Virus record (IMG/VR): IMGVR_UViG_3300033075_001734
Location: 1 to 51,691 of that record
Origin: a virus
DNA: 51,691 nucleotides
Strand: one strand, 5' to 3'
Shown: one piece after another, positions 19,510-28,781 of the stretch
How the letters are laid out: each line of letters begins with the position of its first letter
Numbering within the stretch: position 1 is the stretch's first letter
Program-made: the position numbers and the translations under genes
Notes under the pieces: generated by a model
Databases searched by the model: none
The model's input: the letters and a program-made list of their open reading frames with translations, nothing else
Told to the model about the DNA's origin: nothing

Positions 19510-20691
19510 ATGACTTCATCTTTAAATCTTCTTCAAGAATATCTCAGATTGATTTTGATTTCTGAAGGTAAGGTCGAAGACCTCGCCAAGCAGAATCCCA
19601 ATATTCCTGTCATAGATCTCGCTTCTTCAGATTCAACTCCGACAAAAAAGCTTCTTCCGTGGATGGTGAAACAAGTTTCCAAAGGTGCTGACGTGGAACA
19701 CGTCAGATCTGTTGCTTCTCGTTTTGCAAAAGATGGTTCTAGACTCAAGAACAAAGACATAAACTCTTATTCTGAAATTGATGAATTGGAATCTGCGCTT
19801 GATTCTTTGGGAGCGTCAAAACGCTCTCAGGAAATTCAGGCAAAATCGGGTGCAGTTAAGATCTATGAAGACGACGCATGCGTCGTCTTAAGAATCGATA
19901 CAAAAGAAGCTGCACAACAGTATGGAAAAGGCACCAAGTGGTGCATCACAATGAGCGAAGAACAACACTATGAAGAGTACAAAGCTTCAAACGTATTATT
20001 CTATTACGTTCTGAGAAAAGAACCTTTAGGAAATAATCTTGACAAAGTTGCTCTTGTTATGATGAGAGATGAAAATAATTCTGTTCAACAGATTCAAGCT
20101 TTTGATCAGGCTGATGAAGAAATGACACCCAAAAAAGCAGGGGTAAGTGCACAAGCACTCACAGCAGTTAAATCAGATGTCAAGTTTCAACCAAAAGCCT
20201 TTCTCACTAAAATAAAGTCGGGTGATAAATACAGTGATGAGGAACTCATCACATATTGGTCACAACTAGGAACTGAAAAAGATAAACTTGTATTTCTGTG
20301 TTCTGAACAGTTAAACGAAAAAGATACGCTTCGAAAACTTCTTCAGGTTGAATCTGAAAAAAAAATGAAAGAAATTCTTTCAGATTTGATTTCTGGGAAA
20401 GCAGTTTCTTTTTATGATGGAATTAAATGGAAAAATTCAGCAGAACAACTTCACAGAGACGATGATCAACCTGCAGCGATTTATGTTGACGGATCAAAAG
20501 AATGGTATCGAAATGGTCAACGTCACAGAGATAATGATCAACCTGCAGTGATTTATGTTGATGGAACAAAATATTGGTATCGAAATGATCTACTTCATCG
20601 AGATAATGATCAACCTGCAATAATTTATAGCGACGGAATAAAACGTTGGTATAAAAATGGTCTTGAATACGTTCCTAAGGGAAATAAATGA
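19510..20691 (+). CDS. Multicopy family protein, copy C (393 aa), four C-terminal repeats
   Basis: It shares a 259-nt tract that is 100% identical with copy A (19537..19795 vs 9463..9721). Its 3' half is near-identical to copy B. Confidence 0.7.
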   Translation: MTSSLNLLQEYLRLILISEGKVEDLAKQNPNIPVIDLASSDSTPTKKLLPWMVKQVSKGADVEHVRSVASRFAKDGSRLKNKDINSYSEIDELESALDSLGASKRSQEIQAKSGAVKIYEDDACVVLRIDTKEAAQQYGKGTKWCITMSEEQHYEEYKASNVLFYYVLRKEPLGNNLDKVALVMMRDENNSVQQIQAFDQADEEMTPKKAGVSAQALTAVKSDVKFQPKAFLTKIKSGDKYSDEELITYWSQLGTEKDKLVFLCSEQLNEKDTLRKLLQVESEKKMKEILSDLISGKAVSFYDGIKWKNSAEQLHRDDDQPAAIYVDGSKEWYRNGQRHRDNDQPAVIYVDGTKYWYRNDLLHRDNDQPAIIYSDGIKRWYKNGLEYVPKGNK

Positions 20692-23567
20692 CTTTCGAAA
20701 AATTAGACGACATATTCAGAATGATGACACCCACAGATTTGATGGGTGCTCAGAAACTTTCTTTAGGAACAGACAAGAGCATTGATACGAGCCTTGCAAA
20801 AGATTTGATAAACATCATATACGGTACTTCAGGTGCAAGAACAGTTGATCAAATTAGTAAAGATTTAACAACGTTTAGTGCCAAGGCGGAAGAAGCATCA
20901 CAACTTGAACAATTTAAGCGTATTATTCAGTTCTATAAAACAGGCGCGTCTTGTACGGCTTTTGGTTCAGCACCTTTTATTGCAATGGGTTCATCTGGAA
21001 AAGATCCTGTTAATAATGTTACGTTTGAACAAATCATCGGAACTGATATTAAATTAAATGATGTTAAACCATCAAAATCAATGGGAATAATGTTGTGTAA
21101 TTCTGGGTTTATGAGCCCAGCAATAAGAAATTCAGAAAAAGTTGAAAAATTTTTAAATTTCATGCCAACTATAGTCGCTTCTCGAATGATTCCATTACTT
21201 GATGTTGAATTTGCTTTTAAACGTGGTGTTCCTGAAGCAAATATATCGCAACCTCATATGTGGTCACCTGGGCTTTTAAAGTTCTTATTAGGTGGTGATA
21301 ATTCAGTTCTCAAAGATTCAGAATCACCTACATCTATATTGATTAATGCAAATGAAAAACATGGTCTCGACGGTGCGCAATCTGTATCAGGAATGGAAAT
21401 GTTTACTTCACCTCAAACATTGATTAATACAGATCCAACGTCAAACGTAGGGCGCTATGTTGACGTAATTGATCCCATGCGACCATTGATGACACTTGAA
21501 AGTTTTTCAGTGAATATCACACCTAACGTTGGTTTGTATTCATATAAGAAAGCAACTGTCGTTTTCAAATTACATGACAGATCAAGATTGTCTGAAATTG
21601 CAGATCTTATAAGACCACAGGTGTATCAAGATAAAGATTCTGCACCTACTGTTTGGATTACTTATGGTTGGAGACACCCGGTCGAGCCTGGAAATCCTTA
21701 CGCAGATTTTATCAATGAAAATATGCTTGTTAGAGATGCGTATGGAATCATAAACACTCAATTCGAATTTGATCAAATGGGTCAAGTAAACATAACATTA
21801 TCATTATGGACTAAAGGGATCCCAGAAATGAGAACGTCAAATGTTAATGGTGATGGTTCTTTGCAAATAATCAAAGATATACAAGACATTGCAAAAAAAG
21901 TTGCTCGATATAAAAATGCACTAGGAATCTCTTCGAATGGAGGCACAAATCGTGAGATTCGTGGATTTACATTACTTGAATCAGCAGAAAGTGGGACCTA
22001 TCCTTCTGAAATTTCGTCAGACGATATTAAAAAATCACTTAGTGATATCAAAACAAGCTTAAACAGTAAAGATCTAAAACTTGATCAAACAGCAGTTAAA
22101 GGTCTTATTGAACAACTTGAAAAGTTGTATAACCCAAAATATAAAGGTTACGTTAAATTTAAAGAAACACTTGAAACGCAATCAACAATAAAAACAAATG
22201 AAAAATTTCAACAGGTTATTAGCGGTGCAGATCCGTTTTTACCTTCAATTAAAAAGGACGAAAAAAGATTCATTGAATCAAAATCAGTTTCTCACCCATT
22301 AACAAGCCTAATTGAATCTATTAACGAATATTATGGTGAATCTGAAATAAAAGATTTGAAAAATCCAACGGGAACTAAAGTTAAAGGTTTTCAAAAGAAA
22401 GCAGTTTCACTTGGTAAACTAATTTCTGTGTTTATGGCAGAAGCCCTAAAATCACTTGACGGAATTGACGAATTACAATTGTATTTTTATCAGTTTAATA
22501 GTCATGCCGGAAGTTGTGCAGCAGTAAACATCGCTGAATTTCCAATCGACATGCCAGTGTTCTTAGATCAATATCGTGATCACATACAACGAAAAGGAAA
22601 TGAACGAGTTACACTTGAAGAATTTTTAAGACTTGTTATTGATTCGCAGTTACATGATTCAAGAGCAATAGGATATGGTCACAGAAAATATTTCGCTCCA
22701 TACGATCCTTCAAATAAATCACCCGCGCTAAAAAAGGGAATTCCACCTGAAAAATATGAACTTGCAAAAGGTCAGTTTATTATGCCCGCAATTGAGTTGT
22801 ATATTGAAACTGTTCAAGCATCAACATCATTATCAGAACATGATAAATTAAATCAAATTCAAACTTCTTCTGGAAATAATCGTGCAGAACAATACACAAA
22901 AATTATGAGACTTCATATTTTTGACAAGACAAATAATCCTTACAAAATAGCAGATTTATTACTGCAAGGTGACGATGAAATGTCTTTTGTTGAAGCAGAT
23001 AGTGAATATGTTAAACAACAATCGATGTTAAATAGTCTCACACCTAATGAAATCTATAATAGTCATACTGATGGCGACAAATTATTAAAAAACAAAGAAA
23101 GCAAAACCGTTAGTAATAAAGACGTTAAAACGTTTGTGTCAAAAATGGTTCCGACAATTATTCATGGAATGAACGCTTCAAGTGTTTCAAGCGCAAACTT
23201 AGCATCAAAACAAGATCCATTGTTAGCGACAGCGCAAATGCAGGCTTTGGCAAAAGGTCACGGTAAACCTCAGACTTTGTCGCCTAACGGCGCTGACGTA
23301 GGAGGTTTACCTTTAAGAATTATTCCTGCATCATTGACATTAGATTCATTAGGTTGCCCAATGTTATCTTATGGTCAAGTGTTCTTTATTGACTTTAATA
23401 CTGGAACGACTGTTGATAACATGTATCTTATGACTGGGTTGACGCACAATATTTCACCAGGGAAGTTTAGTTCACAAATGACGTTAACTTTTCATGACGC
23501 GTATGGAAAATTCTTCAGTGCACCAAAAATTACAGATTACATTAAGTCTCTTAAAGGAACAGAATGA
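20688..23567 (+). CDS. Large putative baseplate/tail structural protein (959 aa)
   Basis: The call rests on position (after the gpX-like gene) and size. It has an ATGA overlap with copy C upstream and with copy D downstream. No motif was recognised. Confidence 0.25.
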   Translation: MTFEKLDDIFRMMTPTDLMGAQKLSLGTDKSIDTSLAKDLINIIYGTSGARTVDQISKDLTTFSAKAEEASQLEQFKRIIQFYKTGASCTAFGSAPFIAMGSSGKDPVNNVTFEQIIGTDIKLNDVKPSKSMGIMLCNSGFMSPAIRNSEKVEKFLNFMPTIVASRMIPLLDVEFAFKRGVPEANISQPHMWSPGLLKFLLGGDNSVLKDSESPTSILINANEKHGLDGAQSVSGMEMFTSPQTLINTDPTSNVGRYVDVIDPMRPLMTLESFSVNITPNVGLYSYKKATVVFKLHDRSRLSEIADLIRPQVYQDKDSAPTVWITYGWRHPVEPGNPYADFINENMLVRDAYGIINTQFEFDQMGQVNITLSLWTKGIPEMRTSNVNGDGSLQIIKDIQDIAKKVARYKNALGISSNGGTNREIRGFTLLESAESGTYPSEISSDDIKKSLSDIKTSLNSKDLKLDQTAVKGLIEQLEKLYNPKYKGYVKFKETLETQSTIKTNEKFQQVISGADPFLPSIKKDEKRFIESKSVSHPLTSLIESINEYYGESEIKDLKNPTGTKVKGFQKKAVSLGKLISVFMAEALKSLDGIDELQLYFYQFNSHAGSCAAVNIAEFPIDMPVFLDQYRDHIQRKGNERVTLEEFLRLVIDSQLHDSRAIGYGHRKYFAPYDPSNKSPALKKGIPPEKYELAKGQFIMPAIELYIETVQASTSLSEHDKLNQIQTSSGNNRAEQYTKIMRLHIFDKTNNPYKIADLLLQGDDEMSFVEADSEYVKQQSMLNSLTPNEIYNSHTDGDKLLKNKESKTVSNKDVKTFVSKMVPTIIHGMNASSVSSANLASKQDPLLATAQMQALAKGHGKPQTLSPNGADVGGLPLRIIPASLTLDSLGCPMLSYGQVFFIDFNTGTTVDNMYLMTGLTHNISPGKFSSQMTLTFHDAYGKFFSAPKITDYIKSLKGTE

Positions 23568-24622
23568 ATCTTCTGCGTGAATATCTCAGATTGATTTTGA
23601 TCTCTGAAGGAAGAGTTGAAGATCTTGCTAAGAGGAATCCAAATGTAGACGTTCAAAGCCTTGCCGCAGTTGATTCCACACCTACAAAAAAGCTTCTTCA
23701 ATGGATGATTAAACAAGTGTCAAAAGGTGCTGACGTGGAACACGTCAAATCTGTAACTTCTCGTTTTATTAAAGATGGTTCTAGGCTTCCCAATAAAGAC
23801 ATATATTTTTATTCTGAAATTGATGATTTAGAAGTTGAATTAGACATACTTGGTGCATCAAAGCGTTCTGAAACAATACAAGTTAAGACAGGCGCCGTTA
23901 AGATTTTTGAAGATAAAACATGCATTGTATTGAGAATTGATACAAAGAAAGCTGCACAATTGTACGGAAGAAATACAACCTGGTGCATAACACAAGAAAA
24001 TACGGGAGATTACGAAGGTTACAAGTCTGAAAATGCGTTATTTTATTTCGTAATAAGGAAAAAGCAATTAAAAGACAATTTTGATAAAGTTGCTGTTCAA
24101 GTTGTTAGAGATGATTATAATCAAATTGATGATTTAAAATGTTACAATCAACTAGATGATCAAAATGATCCTATTTCTTCCAAATTATCTTCAGAAGTTA
24201 TTGAAAGTATTAAATTTGACGCAGAATCACAACCCTATTGTTTAAGTGATATGATTTTATCGTGGAATAATTGTAAAACTTTTTTTGCCAAAATGGTATT
24301 TTTGATTGATCGTAATTTTAGTGTAGAAGATCTCTTGTTAGAACTTTATTTAATTGAAGAAGACGAAGACGTAAAAGAAATTCTGCAAGATCTAATTGAT
24401 AAAAAAGCGTACATTGACGAGGAGTTAGATTCAATCGTGTGGATAAAAAACGGTCGATTGAATCGTGTTGGTGATAAACCTGCCTTGATCAGTGCATCTG
24501 GGAAATTTGAATATTGGCGTTCTGGAAAATTGCACAGAGATAACGACAAACCAGCTGTTATAGATGGAAGTTCAAAACAATGGTTTAAGCATGGAGTTCA
24601 ATATGAACCTAAAGGTTTGTAA
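23564..24622 (+). CDS. Multicopy family protein, copy D (352 aa), divergent, two C-terminal repeats
   Basis: It has MNLLREYLRLILISEGRVEDLAKRNPN at the N-terminus, a conserved core (GAVKIFEDKTCIVLRIDTKKAAQLYGRNTTWCIT...LFYFVIRKK) and the C-terminal repeats LNRVGDKPALISASGKFEYWRSGKLHRDNDKPAVIDGSSKQWFKHG. Confidence 0.65.
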   Translation: MNLLREYLRLILISEGRVEDLAKRNPNVDVQSLAAVDSTPTKKLLQWMIKQVSKGADVEHVKSVTSRFIKDGSRLPNKDIYFYSEIDDLEVELDILGASKRSETIQVKTGAVKIFEDKTCIVLRIDTKKAAQLYGRNTTWCITQENTGDYEGYKSENALFYFVIRKKQLKDNFDKVAVQVVRDDYNQIDDLKCYNQLDDQNDPISSKLSSEVIESIKFDAESQPYCLSDMILSWNNCKTFFAKMVFLIDRNFSVEDLLLELYLIEEDEDVKEILQDLIDKKAYIDEELDSIVWIKNGRLNRVGDKPALISASGKFEYWRSGKLHRDNDKPAVIDGSSKQWFKHGVQYEPKGL

Positions 24623-24650
24623 TTTTCTGTAAATTTGATTAAGTTAATTT

Positions 24651-25862
24651 ATGTGCCTCTGCATTGATTCATCTGTAATCGGTACAGAAAAACATTTGTT
24701 GTGTAATTCAGGCATTTATAGTTGGATTAAATCTGTTCCAAACGATTCATGGCATTTGAGTGGAAAAATTAAAAATGAATCTCAACGATGTTTTGATACG
24801 TTATTGAGATTAAACGATTTAAGTTTTTCATTACTTCCTGATGAAAAGTATTTGAAAATGATGTCTTCATTAGAATCTGACTCAATTCAGTTTCCTTGGA
24901 AGAACATAATGTCTTCTTCTGCCCATCGTGATTTTGTCAAAAAAATCGCAAATTTAGCTGCAGAAGCCTATAAAAAAGTATCAATGAATTATTATGAAGG
25001 CACGTGGGTGCCCTGTAACAAGCCTTTGAACTCCTTAAATAGGGCAAAAATTGATAAGACAAGACTTAAGAATACGTTAACAGATAATGCTCAAAATCCT
25101 CATGTGATCAAATCATTTCAACCTACTGTGAATAGTGATTATGCTGATACTGTTGTGTACAACAGGTTTGGAACTTTAACTGGTCGTTTGACAGTGACGA
25201 AAGGACCACAGATTCTAACGTTAAAACGTAACTGTCGTGATATTATTGTTTCCGAAAGTGAAAACAGTACAATAATGTCAATTGATTTTTCTGCGCTTGA
25301 ACCACGCATATTGTTATATGAATCTGGCAAAGATTGTCTAGACGAAGATCTATATCGTTCAATTTCTTCTGAAATTAATCGCCCACGAAATGATGTAAAA
25401 CTTGTTATTATAAGTGAATTGTATGGAAGTTCTAAGCGTTTGCTGGGAGACAAATTAAAATTAGACGGTGACGAATTAGACAACTTTGTTAAGTACGTTA
25501 AACAATATTTCAATACGAAATCATTACTAGAACGTTTAAAAAAACAAGTATACGAACTGGGTTATATCGAAAATCATTATGGAAGAAGAATAAAGATTGA
25601 TGACCCAACTGAACATATTTTGATCAATTATTATACACAGTCAACTGGTGTTGATGTATCCTTATTAGGATTTGGGAGAATAATTGATATTCTTAAAGAA
25701 CAATCTGACAAAATAAAACCTTTGTATCTTTTGCATGATGCACTAATTCTTGATGTCCCAAATAGTCAGATTGATAATCTTAAGCAAATAAAATCAATAT
25801 TTGTTCCAGGATATACACAGGCTTTTCCCCTCAAAATTGAACCTTTGTACACAAATGATTAA
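24651..25862 (+). CDS. Family-A DNA polymerase, polymerase (palm/fingers) domain only (403 aa)
   Basis: Pol I motifs are present. There is a TGRL motif (LTGRLTV). Motif A is SIDFSALEPRILLY (D and E conserved). Motif B is RPRNDVKLVIISELYG (R, K and Y conserved). Motif C is LLHDALILDVP (HD conserved, E to A). No 3'-5' exonuclease motifs or upstream N-terminal domain are present. Confidence 0.6.
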   Translation: MCLCIDSSVIGTEKHLLCNSGIYSWIKSVPNDSWHLSGKIKNESQRCFDTLLRLNDLSFSLLPDEKYLKMMSSLESDSIQFPWKNIMSSSAHRDFVKKIANLAAEAYKKVSMNYYEGTWVPCNKPLNSLNRAKIDKTRLKNTLTDNAQNPHVIKSFQPTVNSDYADTVVYNRFGTLTGRLTVTKGPQILTLKRNCRDIIVSESENSTIMSIDFSALEPRILLYESGKDCLDEDLYRSISSEINRPRNDVKLVIISELYGSSKRLLGDKLKLDGDELDNFVKYVKQYFNTKSLLERLKKQVYELGYIENHYGRRIKIDDPTEHILINYYTQSTGVDVSLLGFGRIIDILKEQSDKIKPLYLLHDALILDVPNSQIDNLKQIKSIFVPGYTQAFPLKIEPLYTND

Positions 25863-25878
25863 AGGAATATGTTGTTAT

Positions 25879-26469
25879 ATGTCATTAACAGAAGAAGAAC
25901 TTGAGAAAAATTGGAATAAAACACTTGAATTGATGTCAAAGTTAGGTGAGAGATCTGAATTTGCAACGTCAATGGTTGAAACATTAGGCGAAAGGCTTTA
26001 TTTATGTCCTGCATCAGGAAAACCAGAGTTTCATTGTGCATTCCCAGGTGGTTTATTAGATCATTCACTACGTGTTCTTGGAAACGCACTAAAACTTAAT
26101 GCTGCATTTGAATGGAATTTGCCGAAAGATTCATTGATTATTGCATCAATGTTTCATGACCTTGGAAAATGTGGTGATATTGATAATGATTATTACATTC
26201 CACAAACTGATGAATGGCGTCGAAATAAATTGGGAGAGATTTATACGTACAATAAAGATATGCAATATATGACGATTCCCGATCGAAGTATATTTCTATG
26301 TCAGCATTTTGGTCTTAAATTGACACTTAATGAAATGTTAGCTATTCGTTTAAATGATGGATTTGTTGTTGAAGAAAATCGTCAATATTGTCTGAAAGAA
26401 CCATTACTTGCGCATGTTATTATGACTGCTGATTATATCAGTACGATGCAAGAAAAAGAAAAATTTTAA
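25879..26469 (+). CDS. HD-domain phosphohydrolase
   Basis: It has the HD signature H...HD...D (GLLDHSLRV ... MFHDLGK ... ITADYIS). The AAAGGAA RBS lies before the ATG at 25879. The tracked ORF from 25801 is probably an N-terminal over-extension. Confidence 0.55.
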   Translation: MSLTEEELEKNWNKTLELMSKLGERSEFATSMVETLGERLYLCPASGKPEFHCAFPGGLLDHSLRVLGNALKLNAAFEWNLPKDSLIIASMFHDLGKCGDIDNDYYIPQTDEWRRNKLGEIYTYNKDMQYMTIPDRSIFLCQHFGLKLTLNEMLAIRLNDGFVVEENRQYCLKEPLLAHVIMTADYISTMQEKEKF

Positions 26470-26520
26470 GGAAAAAGTATTAACCTTGTTAAGAAATTGT
26501 CTTTGACGAATATTTAGATT

Positions 26521-26751
26521 ATGATTAAAACATTGATTACACAGTATGTGAAACTGTTTCTTGAAGAAACAAGATTAGCTCGTGTACCTCAACAATTAAT
26601 CTCACCAAACAAAGATAATGAAGAAACTGATGAAGTTGAAGAAGCTGAAAATGTTAATGAATTTTCTGGCGTTGGTGCTGTAGCAGGTTATTCAGCTCCT
26701 TTGGGTATGAATCCTGACAAATTGGGAAGAAAAAAGAATAAGACAAAATAA
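26521..26751 (+). CDS. Small acidic hypothetical protein (76 aa)
   Basis: ORF only, with a Glu/Asp-rich middle. Confidence 0.25.
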   Translation: MIKTLITQYVKLFLEETRLARVPQQLISPNKDNEETDEVEEAENVNEFSGVGAVAGYSAPLGMNPDKLGRKKNKTK

Positions 26752-26872
26752 AGAAAAAGTTTAATCTTCTATAAACTGAAGAGTGAACAAATGGTTAAAC
26801 GGAAAATAAGATTCAATCAATCAGATTGAATGATTTAATTGGTCAATCGGAATAAAGGAAATAGGAAATATT

Positions 26873-27718
26873 ATGGCTATAGATTTAGAAGCAATTCGTA
26901 AGCGCGTTGCGCAACTCTCGGGAAATTATAAGAATTCATCAATTCAGCTCTGGAAACCAGGCGTGGGTGAATATAAAATAAGAGGTCTAGCATGGAAAAA
27001 TGCGCCTGAAGGTTCTCCAATCATTGAAAAATGGTTTTATTATCTTGGTAACGGTCCTGGGATTTTAACACCAAATCAGTTTGGAAAACCTGATCCAATT
27101 CAAGATCTTATTCGTAAACTTTATTCTTCGGGAAAACCTGAAGATAAGACTCTTGCAAAGAAACTTCTTCCAAAAATGCGAGCGTATTTGCCAATAATTG
27201 TTCGAGGCGAAGAAGCAAAAGGCGTCCAAGTTTGGTCATTTGGAAAGATAATTTATCAGAAATTGTTAGGTTATTATCTTGATTCTGATGTAGGGGATAT
27301 TCTTGATCCAGAAACTGGATTTGATCTTAAAGTGGTGATTACCCAACAACCAGGAAAACAATTTCAAGATACACAAGTTGAGGCAGCAAGAAAAACATCG
27401 GTGTTGACCTCAGACGCAGAACTTTTGAAAAAGTGGTCAGAGTCAGTTCCCAATCTTGATGACATGTATAAACTTAAGTCAACTCAGGAAATTGAATCAC
27501 TTCTTAATCAATGGTTAACAGGTGATGCTTTATCTACAGATGATGGCCTTTCAAAGTCACCCTCAAAAGAAAAAGATGAACTTGATAAATTGGTTGATGA
27601 AATTAAACCTGCAAAAAAGTCAAAAAAATCAACAGCTTCTGAAGTTGACGTTGATGCACCTGTAGTTGAAAATAAGTCAATTGATGATGCATTTGATGAA
27701 TTAATGCAAGACGATTGA
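26873..27718 (+). CDS. Hypothetical protein, possible ssDNA-binding protein (281 aa)
   Basis: It has a strong RBS (aaaggaaataggaaatatt-ATG). It has a K-rich linker and an acidic C-terminal tail (IDDAFDELMQDD) resembling phage SSB tails. It sits in the replication/recombination block. Confidence 0.3.
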   Translation: MAIDLEAIRKRVAQLSGNYKNSSIQLWKPGVGEYKIRGLAWKNAPEGSPIIEKWFYYLGNGPGILTPNQFGKPDPIQDLIRKLYSSGKPEDKTLAKKLLPKMRAYLPIIVRGEEAKGVQVWSFGKIIYQKLLGYYLDSDVGDILDPETGFDLKVVITQQPGKQFQDTQVEAARKTSVLTSDAELLKKWSESVPNLDDMYKLKSTQEIESLLNQWLTGDALSTDDGLSKSPSKEKDELDKLVDEIKPAKKSKKSTASEVDVDAPVVENKSIDDAFDELMQDD

Positions 27719-27824
27719 AAATAATCTTGGTGTCTTAATTGACATCAAACGCGAGCGTGGTGTAAGCAACATACCTAAGTACCCCTTAGGAGATTCTTGG
27801 TGCAAGTCCAAGCGTTTCGCTCAA

Positions 27825-28781
27825 ATGCTAAAGTCATACATAACGTTAAAACGAGTTTTACTTGAATGTGATGTTTGTAAAAAAGACATTGAGAGATATC
27901 TTTGTTCAGTGCGCATTGAAAGTATACATTTTTGTTCAAGGGAGTGTAGAAAGTTATCGTTAAAAACGGGTGGTTTGTTGGCGAATAAAATTGCTAGAAC
28001 AAATTTAGAGCGTCATGGCGTGACAAATGTTTTTTCGTCCTTAGAAATAAGAGATAAAATTAAAGAAACTTGGATAAAATTACGTGGCGTTGATAATCCT
28101 AAAAAAGATCAATCAATAATTGATGCATCAAAATTAACATCTATAGAACGATATGGTGTTGATAATCCTGCAAAATCAGATTTAATTAAAGAAAAAACGA
28201 ATCTCACGGTTAAGAAACGTACAGCTGAACAACAAAACGCAATAAATTCTAAACGTTCTAAAACAAACTTAGAACGATATGGTGTTGAATACGTGATGCA
28301 ATCTGATGAAATAAAGGCCAAATTTAATTGGTCGTCTGCGTATCAAAAATCTTTGATAACAAAGAAATTACGCGGAACTAAAAAATTAACTTCACAAGTT
28401 GAAGAATTTGTGGGTAAAGTTTTATATGATTTATATGGAAAAGAAAACGTTCTAACACAAGTTAGAACAACTAATCGATGGGTTTTTGATTTTCAAATTT
28501 TAAATCTAAATCTATATGTTCAAGTAGATGGTGTTTATTGGCACGGATTAAATCGGCCGTTAAACACCATCAAACAATTGAAATCAACTAAAGATATATC
28601 AATACTAAAAAATATTGACAAAGATACTAAACAAAATCAATGGGCTATTGACAATAATGAGATTATTGTAAGATTTACAGATAAAGAGATAATAGAATGG
28701 CAAAAAAAGAAAAGTTACAAGAACGAAATAAACAGCAGGATTCAACAGAAATTGAGCTCGACGCGCTCACAAAGGCCTTAA
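27825..28781 (+). mobile_element. Homing-endonuclease-like nuclease: N-terminal C4 zinc ribbon, four ~37-aa 'ERYGV-NP' repeats, C-terminal Vsr/DUF559-like PD-(D/E)xK motif
   Basis: The zinc ribbon is CDVCKK...C..R..HFCSRECRK. The repeats are NLERHGVTNVFS / SIERYGVDNPAKS / NLERYGVEYVMQS. The C-terminus has FDFQIL...YVQVDGVYWHGL (the xDxxIExDGxxWH-type motif). Its 3' end overlaps the first ~28 codons of the recombinase gene. Confidence 0.45.

Noticed and set aside
20688-23567. Possibility that the 959-aa ORF is the missing N-terminal/exonuclease half of the family-A polymerase
   Set aside because: I found no Exo I/II/III motifs (DxE, YxxxD) in plausible order by eye, and its context (after the gpX-like gene) fits a baseplate protein better. 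A profile search should confirm.
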